Of a stretch of DNA of 64,000 nt, positions 22,261-32,954 are shown one piece after another. The stretch is from Calditrichia bacterium. Lineage in GTDB: Bacteria > Calditrichota > Calditrichia > JAJRVZ01. How positions within the stretch are numbered: the stretch's first letter is position 1; each line of letters begins with the position of its first letter. The position numbers and the translations under genes are program-made. The stretch lies in the NCBI GenBank assembly GCA_963777955.1, contig CAVZSQ010000018.1:117174-181173 (forward strand), in the 5' to 3' direction. The notes beneath the pieces are model-generated. The model did not search any database. It worked only from the letters and a program-made list of their open reading frames with translations, and was not told the DNA's origin.

Positions 22261-22336
22261 GGGCCAGTAGCTCAGCTGGTAGAGCAGCGGCCTTTTAAGC
22301 CGTTGGTCGTAGGTTCGATTCCTACCTGGCTCACCA
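22261..22336 (+). tRNA. tRNA-Lys (anticodon UUU)
   Basis: GGGCCAG acceptor stem, AGCTCAGCTGGTAGAGC D-arm, CTTTTAA anticodon loop, GGTTCGATTCC T-arm, encoded CCA; 76 nt. Confidence 0.97.
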
Positions 22337-22363
22337 AAAAATCCGGCGCAAGCCGGATTTTTT
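22337..22363 (+). terminator. Rho-independent terminator after tRNA-Lys
   Basis: AAAAATCCGGC-GCAA-GCCGGATTTTTT hairpin with U-tract. Confidence 0.85.
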
Positions 22364-22427
22364 GTAAGATTAAAGATTAAAGACAAAAGACAAAAATATC
22401 ATAACCTATTCAATTTAATCACGCACT

Positions 22428-22626
22428 TTATTTTTTTTCTCCCGTTTCCTCCGATTTTTCATTTTTTGCAAATATTTGGCAAATCGAAAACTTACCGTTG
22501 TTATTATTAATCATTTTTCGCTTATAGCCGGAGGCGAGGTGTGAATACCGTTAAACCATCTTGAGAATACTGTTGCCGAGAATATCCCGTAATGACATTA
22601 AATCTGCACAATTCATAACTGCAAAA
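22428..22626 (-). pseudogene. C-terminal remnant of a tyrosine recombinase/integrase
   Basis: Manual minus-strand translation FAVMNCADLMSLRDILGNSILKMV*RYSHLASGYKRKMINN resembles integrase box II (LGH..M..RY.H), with an internal stop; adjacent to tRNA 3' end. Confidence 0.75.
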
Positions 22627-23294
22627 TTTCAATATCTCGGACTAGTACTTTATAATCCGAGGTTAAGAATGTAGAGATTTTATCCCAATCTTTGATGACG
22701 CGGCGAGATCTCGAATGGTGGTTCGGATCAGATTCTTATAGGAAGATAGTACCTGTCAGAGGGAGAAAATGCGTTCTGGAAATTTTTTTAATTTTTAAAA
22801 AGAAGTGTTTGGGAAAATTTGTTAAATAAGTGATCCGGCAGCTGCCAGAGGAGGGTCCGAGTCCCTCCTTCAATATTTAAAGAAGGCACAAAGATACTTA
22901 GTCAGAAACAAAGACACAGAGAAGGAAGATCTACCGCCAGGTGTAGACAAAGAAAAGATACCGGTAGTCGCGATTTTTAGATCGCGATAATTTGAAAGAT
23001 AAACAAATCGGAAGCCACAACTTTCAGGTTGTGCTGACACACACTACCGTAACTTAACCGTATTCTCTCTTCCCATAAAATATCCGTTGATTCTACAGAT
23101 TTAAATATTATATTATCAAATATAAATCCGGCAGACTCCAGACAACAAAAGATCTATTTTATTACTTGTAAATATACTGCCAGTGTGCTTAAATATTTGA
23201 TTAAAGTTTTTAATGAAATTGGTAAGAATATGGAGACTTTGATCCTTATTTTAGATTTATTCTCTCCATACTTTAAAAACAACGGAAGAATGAA

Positions 23295-25349
23295 ATGAAA
23301 AGTACTATTATTTTATTATTGATAATTCTATTGACTTCTTTTTCTAATGCTCAAGATTTTTGGCAACAGACTAATGGGCCATATGGTGGAGACATTACAT
23401 CTTTAGTGATAGATTCTAGTGGTCATATTTTTGCTGGAACGAAAAGTGGTGGAGTCTTCTGCTCCATAGATAATGGCAATAGCTGGATTCAAACTGGTCT
23501 GACAAACATTTATGTTTATGCTCTGGTCATAAATTCAGTTGGCTATATTTTTACCGGGACAGCGGATGACGGAGTCTACCGTTCAACCGACAACGGAGAG
23601 CATTGGATGCAAATTAATAATGGTTTGAACGTCAATGAGAATTATAATACTGTCAGAGCTCTGGCCATAAATTCGAGTGGACACATTTTTGCCGGGACAT
23701 GGTGGGGGGGCGGTGTTTATCGCTCAACTGATAATGGCGACAGTTGGACAAAAGTCATTAATGGTTATACTGGCAAAGAAGTTATGAGTCTGGTCATAAA
23801 GTCCAATGGATATATTTTTACAGCGGGTGGAGGTGGAATTCAACGTTCGACCGATAACGGAGAAAATTGGACACAATGTAATAGCGGTCTAAATTATGAT
23901 ACACCTTCTTATCTGGGCATAAATTCACGCGGGGATATTCTTGCCGGGACATTTCAAAGTGGAATTTACCGTTCAACCGATGACGGAGATAGTTGGGAAC
24001 ATACCAGTCTGACGGATAACACCGTTTTTTCTTTTGCTGTAAATTCAGGCGGGGAGGTTTTTGCCGGTACATTTTATGGAGTTTACTACTCCGCCGATAA
24101 TGGGTATAACTGGGGGAAAAAGGATTTTAGTGAAATTCCTGTCAGTTCTCTGGTTATAAATTCCAGTGACAATATTTTTGCCGGTACATCTAGCGGAGGT
24201 ATTTACCGTTCGAATGTCGAGGGTAACAATTGGACACAAAGTAATAATGGTCTGATTAATACAACTGTCAGATCTCTGGTCATAACCTCCGGCGGACATA
24301 TTTTCGCAGGAACATCCAGTAGCGGTATTTACCGTTCAACGGATAATGGCAATAACTGGATTCAAACTGGTCTGAAAAACCTTTCTGTTTATTCTCTGGC
24401 CATAAATTCCAATGGGCACATTTTTGCTGGCACGGATGGTAAAATATATCGTTCCATCGATAACGGTGATACCTGGACACCAATTGATAGTGAATGTAGA
24501 ATCTTATCTCTGGCCATAAATTCCAGTGGGGATATTTATGCTGGGACAGATTATTGTGCAATTCTTCATTCCACCGATAACGGAAATAATTGGACACAAA
24601 TCAAAGTAACTGATTGGTATTACGGCTTTAGTTCTCTTCTCATAAATTCAAGTGGAGTTATTTTTACTGGAGCAGAGAATGGACTTTTTCGTTCAATCGA
24701 CAACGGGGATAGTTGGGAACGAACTCCAATGAATTATGTTTCTGCTCTGGCTATAAATTCCATAGGTTATATTTTTGCCGGGTCTTCTTCGGGTGTTTAC
24801 CGTTCGACCAATAATGGGGATAATTGGATACAGACCGGCCTGCCGAATTATACTATTTATTCTTTTGCTATAAATTCCATTGGGGAACTTTATGCTGGGA
24901 CATCTGGTAGTGGAGTTTTCTGTTCAACTAAGAATGGGTATTATTGGACACAAACAGGTCTGACGAATACTACTGTCAGATCTCTGGCCATAAATTCAAA
25001 TGGGTATCTTTTCGCCGGGACAGACGGTGGAGGAGTCTATAGGAGTAATCAATCAACTCCTATAAATGAAAGTAAAAAAGAAATACCATTTTCCTTTGGA
25101 TTAAAGCAAAATTATCCCAATCCATTCAACCCGACCACAACCATCGAATTTGATATTCCTATATATGGATTTGTCACTCTAAAAATGTTTAATATTCTCG
25201 GTCAACAGGTTGCTACTCTTGTATCAGAAAAACTAAATCCCGGGGTACATAAATACGAATGGCAGGCGACAAATCTCCCCAGCGGGATTTATTGCCGGCT
25301 GCAGGCAGGGGAATATGAGCAGGTGAGGAAGATGGTTCTGCTGAAGTGA
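23295..25349 (+). CDS. Secreted Asp-box/BNR repeat beta-propeller protein with T9SS type A-like C-terminal domain
   Basis: Signal peptide; about 14 repeats of SLAINSxGxIFAGT..G(V/I)YRSTDNGxxW; QNYPNPFNPTTTI..RKMVLLK. Confidence 0.88.
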   Translation: MKSTIILLLIILLTSFSNAQDFWQQTNGPYGGDITSLVIDSSGHIFAGTKSGGVFCSIDNGNSWIQTGLTNIYVYALVINSVGYIFTGTADDGVYRSTDNGEHWMQINNGLNVNENYNTVRALAINSSGHIFAGTWWGGGVYRSTDNGDSWTKVINGYTGKEVMSLVIKSNGYIFTAGGGGIQRSTDNGENWTQCNSGLNYDTPSYLGINSRGDILAGTFQSGIYRSTDDGDSWEHTSLTDNTVFSFAVNSGGEVFAGTFYGVYYSADNGYNWGKKDFSEIPVSSLVINSSDNIFAGTSSGGIYRSNVEGNNWTQSNNGLINTTVRSLVITSGGHIFAGTSSSGIYRSTDNGNNWIQTGLKNLSVYSLAINSNGHIFAGTDGKIYRSIDNGDTWTPIDSECRILSLAINSSGDIYAGTDYCAILHSTDNGNNWTQIKVTDWYYGFSSLLINSSGVIFTGAENGLFRSIDNGDSWERTPMNYVSALAINSIGYIFAGSSSGVYRSTNNGDNWIQTGLPNYTIYSFAINSIGELYAGTSGSGVFCSTKNGYYWTQTGLTNTTVRSLAINSNGYLFAGTDGGGVYRSNQSTPINESKKEIPFSFGLKQNYPNPFNPTTTIEFDIPIYGFVTLKMFNILGQQVATLVSEKLNPGVHKYEWQATNLPSGIYCRLQAGEYEQVRKMVLLK

Positions 25350-25586
25350 TATCTCGATTCACGTTAAAAATAATTTACATATCTTAGGAGGTGGATCAAC
25401 ATGGCAGAGCGACTAACATCCTTAACAAAAATTTTTGGCAAAAATTTGGCAAATGATTGTGCGGACTAAATTGGACGAAATCGGATAACTTCAGAAATAA
25501 CAATTAAAAACGTTGTGGCTTCCGGATGTTTGTAAGATAAGAGAAAAAAGACCAAAGATAAAAGATTAAAGACGATGACACAGTTT

Positions 25587-26778
25587 CTATAATTCCAGGG
25601 AGCGTATAATTCCCATCTCCAGATCCCGCAGTTCAGCCAGTCCTCTCATGCGGCCGAACAGTGAATAGCCGGGATAAATTCCTTTTTTGTGCTGGTCAGC
25701 CAGCGTAAGCAGACCATGGTCGGGCCGCATGGGCATGCGGAGATCCGTTCTCCCTGCACTGATCCGCCGTTTCTGCTCCTGTAACAGTACTTTCATCACT
25801 CCGTAAATGTCCAGATCACCGGCCAGGTGGTAAGATTCGGTAAAATCACCGGCCGTGTTCCTGGTCAGATTGCGTAGATGAATGAAATTTATCCGGTGAG
25901 CAAAACTCCCGGCCAGATCGACCAGATCGTTGCCGGTGCTCGCTCCCAGGGAACCTGTACAGAAGGTCAGACCGTTGGCCGGCGAATCAACTGAATTTAA
26001 AATCTGCTCAAGATCGTTTTTATTGCTGACAATTCTTGGCAGGCCGAGTAGAGGCCAGGGTGGATCATCAGGATGAATGGCCAGGCGTAGGCCGGATTCT
26101 TCGACAGCCGGCATGATTTCCCTGATAAAAGTCAGCAAATTATAGCGAAGTTCGGCAGCATCCAGCCGGGTATATTCCTGCAGAGCCGATTTGAATTCAG
26201 CCAGGGTATATTCCTCCAGCGATCCGGGAAAACCAAACAAGACGGTCTGCACTAATTTATCTTTTTGATTTTGCGTAAGACCGTTATAATACCGTTTGGC
26301 CGCAGACTGACTGTTCAGAACTGTAATCCTGTTCGGCAGCAGGACGCTGCAGTATAAACAGATCAAAGGCGGCCATGGCAGTCACGTCGAATCGGGTGGT
26401 AATGGCTCCATCGGCAGCTGTTACCTGCAAATCGGTACGGGACCAGTCTAAAACCGGCATAAAATTATAACATACCGTATCGATCCCGCAGCGGCCAAGG
26501 TTGCGCAGGGAGTCCTTGTAATTATCAAGATACTGCCGGTAATTATTTTTTCTTTTTTTTATATTTTCGTGAACGGGTAAACTCTCCACCACCGACCACT
26601 TTAAACCCTGCGCTTCAATCATTTTTTTTCTGGTCAGAATTTCAGCGGCGGGCCAGACTGCACCGCCAGGAATATGGTGCAGGGCAGTAACGATGCCGAC
26701 TGCACCGGTCTGTTTAATTTCCTGGAGAGTGACCGGGTCCCCGGGACCAAACCATCGCCAGGTCTGTTCTAAGGCCAT
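25587..26778 (-). CDS. uxuA: Mannonate dehydratase (one frameshift near 26310)
   Basis: [55 protein letters not shown]. Confidence 0.93.
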
Positions 26779-26780
26779 GT

Positions 26781-27605
26781 CTACACTCCGCTGAAAGAAT
26801 TAAAACCACCATCAATGGGTAAAATAGTTCCGGTGATGAATCTGGAGGCGTCACTGCACAGAAATATAATTGCACCAATGAGTTCGGCCGGCTCGCCAAA
26901 GCGACGGAAAGGGGTTAAATCGATGATAGTTTTGCCCCGCGGAGTGAGAGATCCGTCGACATTTGTCAGGAGGGTTCTGTTTTGTTCGGTCAGCAGAAAA
27001 CCCGGTGCAATGGCATTCACCCTGATTCCATTTCCGAATTTTTGAGCCAATTCCACCGCCATCCAGCGGGTAAAATTTTCAATGGCTGCCTTGGCGGCTG
27101 AATAGCCTACCACCCGCGTGATCGCCCGCTGAGTGGCCATCGAAGAAATATTAATAATTGATCCCTTTTTCTGTTCTGCCATCAATTTTCCGAAAATCAG
27201 GGTTGGTAAAACAGTGCCGAGAAGATTTAAATCGGTGACTTCCTTAAAATGTTCGATTTGCAGATCGAAAATGTTCTGTTCAACTCCGATAGTGGCATTG
27301 CGCATGTTGCCGCCGGCCGCATTAATTAATATATCGATCCGTCCGAATCTGTCCCGAATCTCACTCTCAGTTTCCTCGAGATTTTTTTTATTGAGTACGT
27401 CACAACTGATGCCGATAACCTCAGCCCCGTCATGGCGTAGAGATTCAACTCTGACTTTTAACAGCTCAATATTGATATCAAGCAGGACGACTTTGGCACC
27501 AGCGCGTAACAAGCCTCTGGCCATTTCACCGGCAAGTACACCAGCACCGCCGGTTAGAACGGCTATCTGGTTATCCAGATTAAAAAGAGTTTTTAAATAG
27601 TTCAT
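26781..27605 (-). CDS. SDR family oxidoreductase, D-mannonate oxidoreductase (UxuB-like)
   Basis: [34 protein letters not shown]; directly upstream of uxuA. Confidence 0.85.
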   Translation of the reverse strand: MNYLKTLFNLDNQIAVLTGGAGVLAGEMARGLLRAGAKVVLLDINIELLKVRVESLRHDGAEVIGISCDVLNKKNLEETESEIRDRFGRIDILINAAGGNMRNATIGVEQNIFDLQIEHFKEVTDLNLLGTVLPTLIFGKLMAEQKKGSIINISSMATQRAITRVVGYSAAKAAIENFTRWMAVELAQKFGNGIRVNAIAPGFLLTEQNRTLLTNVDGSLTPRGKTIIDLTPFRRFGEPAELIGAIIFLCSDASRFITGTILPIDGGFNSFSGV

Positions 27606-27724
27606 TATAGTTCCTGTCAATTCAAGCAGAGTAAATAGCAGTTACAACTAAAAAGTAGCACTATCTATTTCTTAATGACCCCGATAAAAATTTCAGACGA
27701 ATGATAAAAATGAATGTTTTTTGC

Positions 27725-27767
27725 TTGCTTTTTTGAAACTGCATCTTTATTATTGAAACGGTTCAAT
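27725..27767 (+). promoter_or_regulatory. Sigma70-type promoter with overlapping LacI-type operator
   Basis: TTGCTT-N17-TATTAT overlapping near-palindrome ATTGAAACGGTTCAAT (27752-27767). Confidence 0.7.
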
Positions 27768-28033
27768 TATTATTTTACCTATTAAATAATATTCTATTTT
27801 TCTGATTTGAGACAAGAACACAGTATATGTATCCAAATATTGTTAACGGTATCGTTTAGTAGAATATCATCCTGATTTATTAAAATATAACCAGGTAATT
27901 CTTCCCGGGATCAGGACCTGGTAAAAGTTATTCTACATGTAATTTAACCGGTTTCCGGATCAGAAATAATTGGTAACTCAGATATTCTTTCTTAAGATAA
28001 AATAGAACTAATTAAAAATCTGAAGGGTGAATT

Positions 28034-29526
28034 GTGCAAGCAATTATAGGTAAAGTTCCCGTAAGAGAAAAAATTGGCTACAGTCTCGGAGATGCGTCAG
28101 CTAACTTCGTGTTTCAAGACTATGTTGATGTTTCAGGCAGGCTTCTATACTGATGTTTTCGGTATTTCGGCAGTAGCGGCCGGATGGTTGCTGCTGGCCG
28201 GACGATTCTGGGATGCTTTTTTTGATCCGATGATGGGAGTCATTGCCGATCGTACCGAGACCAGATGGGGTAAATTCCGTCCCTGGGTTTTATGGTCGGC
28301 AGTTCCCTTTGCTCTGATGTTCTTTCTGACTTTCACCACGCCAAACTTTGGTGCGACAGGAAAACTTATCTATGCTTATATTACCTACTTCCTGCTGATG
28401 ACTGTTTATTCTGTCAACAATCTGCCTTATTCAGCCTCTTAATGGCGTGATCACCGGCGATGTGAACGAACGCACCAGCCTGTCCCAGTATCGCTTTTTC
28501 TCTGCCATGGTGGCGACATTTATCATACAGGGACTGGTTTGGCCCTTAGCCGGAAAATTCGGCCAGGGCGACCTGGCCAAAGGCTGGTCGATGACCATTG
28601 GCCTGTTTGCCCTTATATCAATTGTATTCTTTGTGATCACTTTTTTCAGCGTCCATGAACGAATTAAACCTGATCCAAAACAAAAATCATCACCTAAGCA
28701 GGATTTTGCTGATCTGCTGAAGAACAAGCCATGGATAGCGATGTTTATCCTGACTTTATTCTTGTTCATTACCCTGGCGCTGTGGGGCAGCGCGATGTTT
28801 TATTATTTTACTTATTATGCCGACAAGGAATCCCTGTATTCATTTCTGCAAACATGGGGCCTGGTATCAACACCGGCAGGTGGCAGTGCCAGCTGGTGGC
28901 ATTCATTACTCAATGCTTTCGGGTTAATTGTTAACGAAGACCGCGGAAACGTGACACAGGTTGGATTCGGGCTATTCAATATGTGCGGCCAGGTGGTAAC
29001 GATTATCGGTGTCTTAATATCCAAAGCCCTGGCCATCCGTTTTGGCAAGCGAAATGTGTTTCTGGTCGGATTATTCCTGACCACTGTATTTACCGCGTTG
29101 TTCATCACCTTGCCAGCCAGTTCAATCGGATCGGCCTTCGTACTGAATATACTCAAGTCATTGGCCTATGGACCTACAATTCCATTGCTGTGGGCCATGA
29201 TGGGTGATGTGGCTGATTTTGCGGAATGGCGGACCAGGCGCCGGGCTACCGGTGTGGTCTTCGCCGGAATTGTCTTCGCCCTGAAAGCAGGTCTGGGCCT
29301 GGGTGGATCTATCTGCTTATGGATTCTCGGTTTTTACGGTTATGTGGCTAATACGGCTCAAACGGAACAGGCTTTGTTCGGCATCCGCATGACCGCCAGT
29401 ATTTTCCCGGCGATCACATTCTTTATCGGTGTAGTAGCATTGATGTTCTACACTATTGACAAGAAGTTAAATTTGCAGATTCAGAATGAACTGGCCGAAC
29501 GGCGTAAATCTTTTAAGTATGATTAA
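28034..29526 (+). CDS. GPH family glycoside:cation symporter (XynT/XylP-like; two frameshifts)
   Basis: REKIGYSLGDASANF from GTG 28034, WDAFFDPMMGVIADRT.TRWGKFRPW, WAMMGDVADF.EW, ALKAGLGLGG. Confidence 0.88.
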
Positions 29527-29905
29527 TTATGCATAAAGATATTCATTTTTTTAAGAGAAGCAGTTATCGTTAGCACCAATCATCACTCTCACCATTGTCC
29601 GGTACGCATGTGAGAAAGGACTCAACCATATCCTCCCCTTTTCTGCCAGGAGAAGGGGAGAGTGGCTGAGTTTTATTTTTAGCCCCGGTTGCCGTGAGAC
29701 CTGGCTGTTACCCGGGTTAAGAATTAACGGACTTTTTGGTCATAAAAAATTGCATCTATCCTGATCAATTATTATAATTAAAAATAAGCTGATTCCAGTC
29801 AGCACTTTAATTTTCCATCAGATACCTTGTTTTACAGGTAACATCATGAAAAGTGATAATACCTGTCATGATCATCTCAACAAATAATACATACAGGAGG
29901 AAATT

Positions 29906-31673
29906 ATGAAAAAAAAGTCAGCAATATTTTTAGTCTTTATCAGCATACTAGTTTTTATGCTCAACCCGGCGGTACTCCCGGCCCAGGAAATAAATTTTAC
30001 TCAAACTGAAAATAATTTAGGAATTACCACAACCATCGGCCAGTTCGGCTGTGCCTGGGGGGACTATAATAATGACGGTTATATTGATCTGATAATTTCG
30101 GGACGCGGTTCAGGGCATGTTTTGTACCGAAACGATAATGGTTTTTTCACTGATGTATCAGCGGAAGCAGGATTAAATGATAATGCCACTGCTCAAGGAG
30201 TGGTCTGGGGGGATTTTGACAACGACGGTGATCTTGATCTTGTTTACGGCGCAGGGTGGTGTTCATTTATATCGCAACGATGATGGTGTTTTTGCCGATA
30301 TATCTGTAGCAGCGGGCATCAATACCTATGCGGCAGGATATACCATCTGGGGAATCACGGCTGCCGATTTTGATCAGGATGGCGACCTGGATGTGGCCTT
30401 TGCCGGTGGAAATCAACTGACCAGTGGTCTGGCCGGTCCGGCGTATGTATTGCAGAATGATGAAATGGTGTTTAACAATGTCGCCACGGATGTTTTAGGA
30501 TTTGAGATTATTTTAGAATCATGGAATCCCCAGTGGGTGGATGTCAATAACGATGGTTTAATCGATTTGTGGCTGCCGTCGATCCGCACCAGAACCTCCG
30601 AACCTTGTGCTTTATTCATCAATGAGGGCGGCGCTTTCGCTTACACCGATACGACTACTTCCGGACTGGGCGCCAATTCGGCGATTTCTTCCTGCTGGGG
30701 CGATTATGATAACGACGGTGATGTTGATTTATTTATAACTCCCTTTTCGGGAGACACCGCGGGTAACAGCAGAATTTACCGTAATGAGAGTGACTATTTC
30801 ATCGGTGTCACAGCCGGCACAGTCCTGGATTCGGCATATGCGAATTCCAGGGGAGCCTGCTTTGGTGATTATGACAACGACGGCGATCAGGATCTGCTGG
30901 TCGGCCGGCTTAATGGTCAAACGGAGAAACTATTCAGGAATGACGGTGATACCTGGGTTGATGTAAGTGTGGCAACGGGAGTTTCTGCTGTAAGTGGGAC
31001 TTACCGTGGCGCGATGTTTATCGATTATGACAACAATGGTTTCCTGGATATCTTTTTTAACGAGTCTTCGAAAAAACTGCTGCATAATGAAGGAGGCAAC
31101 GGCAATCACTGGATCGGTATCAGACCAAAAGGCGTTATCAGCAACCGGGCGGCAATTGGTGCACGCATTACGGCAGTGGCAGGTTCTCTCAGGCAGATCA
31201 GGGATATTCAGGGCGGCGGTGGTGGAATGAGCCAGTGCTATCTATGGGCACATTTCGGTCTGGGCCCGGCGACTACGGTGGACAGCCTGATAGTCAGGTG
31301 GCCCAATAATACAACAGAAGTTGCGCTGAACATCGCTGCCGATGAATACTATATCTTTGAAGAAGGTACGGGTATCATCAGCAGCGTCAGGGATAATCCG
31401 GTTGAAAATATGAGTTATATATTGTATCAGAATTATCCTAATCCGTTCAATCCGTCCACGACCATCGAATTCACATTAGCTGCCGGAAGCGATATTCAGT
31501 TGCAACTGGTGAACATACTGGGCGAGGTGGTAAAAGTACTGGCCAGCGGCGATTACCCGGCAGGTCATCATCAGGTAAAATTGAACGGCACTGATCTGGC
31601 CGCGGGAATTTATTTTTACAAATTAAATACGGGTGAATTTGTCCAGGTCAAAAAATTAGTCCTGCTGAAGTAG
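29906..31673 (+). CDS. FG-GAP/VCBS repeat plus ASPIC/UnbV protein with T9SS type A-like CTD (frameshift near 30250)
   Basis: Repeated WGDYDNDGDxDL, LYRN; SNRAAIGARI..HFGLG..VRWP; QNYPNPFNPSTTI..KKLVLLK. Confidence 0.88.
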
Positions 31674-31740
31674 AGAATAGATTCTTCCTGGTTGGCATGA
31701 CAATTCTTCGGGATCAGTCAGCTGCCAGGGATAATAATTA

Positions 31741-31826
31741 AGGGCTTTGGTCATAACACAATAATCTGTTTATGCCCAAAGCCCTTTCATTTTTAAGGGA
31801 TGAGACTTTTAAATTTCTCATCCCTT
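31741..31826. terminator. Two hairpins between convergent genes (likely terminators)
   Basis: AGGGCTTTGG..CCAAAGCCCT (31741-31785) and AAGGGATGAGA..TCTCATCCCTT (31795-31826). Confidence 0.6.
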
Positions 31827-31839
31827 TGAATGAAGCAGA

Positions 31840-32867
31840 TTACAAACCTAAACCCACACTGAACATATGGATTGATGAGAATACCCCAAAATCAATGAAA
31901 GCGTAGTCGATAAAGATAGAAGTATTTGTTCCATCGATTGTAGTAACGTATTCCGCCGCCGAAGGTCAGGCCCTGTTCGGAGGACACGAATAGTTTATTA
32001 TAGCCTGCCCTTAATGAAAACATATCGTAAAAGATGTATTCGCCGCCGATATTCACATATTCGGCATCGTCACTCGGGTGCAAGGCATCTACCGACAGTA
32101 CAAAATTACTGTTATATTCTCCCTGCAGCAGATCCGTTGAAGCACCGACCCGGAACATTAATGGTAGCTCGAAAGGATCGGTCTGATATTTTGCGTTAAT
32201 CTTGGGATTGTTACCTGAAATAACGTCATTGGCATCATGCTGGACTATCAGATCCTGCCCGTCCAGGCGCATTTTTGTTCCATAATTTGAAATACTCATA
32301 CCGAGTGTAATTCCCTGAAAATGGGTATCGAATAATGCGCCCACATCCAGGGCAAATCCATTAGCATTGCAATGATATATCCGCTCAGAGATATATTTGG
32401 CATTGAAGCCTATGGCGAACTGCTCGGTAAGATTCCGCGCATAACTCAAGCCGACGGCGAAACTTCCGGCATCAAAAAACTCGCCGGTGCCATCAGGCTG
32501 GAATTCGGTGGTCCTTTCCATCTGATCCATGCTGATAAAAGTCGCATTGATACCGAGGGTACCCAGATTCCCGAAATTCATGACTATGCCGGCAAAATTG
32601 AATCCGAGATCAGCAATCCAGTTTGTATTGCTGAATGAAGCCTCGAAACCGTTTATCCTGGCAATCCCCGCTGGATTCCAGTACATGCACTGTGGCGTCG
32701 TTGGCCAGCGATACATACGCTCCGCCCATGGCAGTCGCTCTGGGGCCGACGTCGATGGCCAGAAAACCGGCTGCTGTGGTTCCGACTTTAGTGACACTCT
32801 GCTGGGCCTGGATTGGCGAATATAATATTAGCAGCAATCCTGTAATTAATACCACATATGTTTTCAT
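31840..32867 (-). CDS. PorV/PorQ-like (FadL-fold) outer membrane beta-barrel (two frameshifts)
   Basis: Signal peptide then KVGTTAAGFLAIDVGPRATAMGGAYV..MYWNPAG; alternating strands; C-terminus IDYAFIDFGVFSSIHMFSVGLGL in a shifted frame. Confidence 0.8.
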
Positions 32868-32954
32868 CTTTATAACTCCCTTTGCTATTTGCATAAATGT
32901 AGGCCGGTAAACCAGTGGATTGAGATTTTTATGTGTTCGCATGATTTACCTCCC

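Noticed and set aside
22201-22386. 61-aa minus-strand ORF
   Set aside because: It is the antisense reading of tRNA-Lys and its terminator
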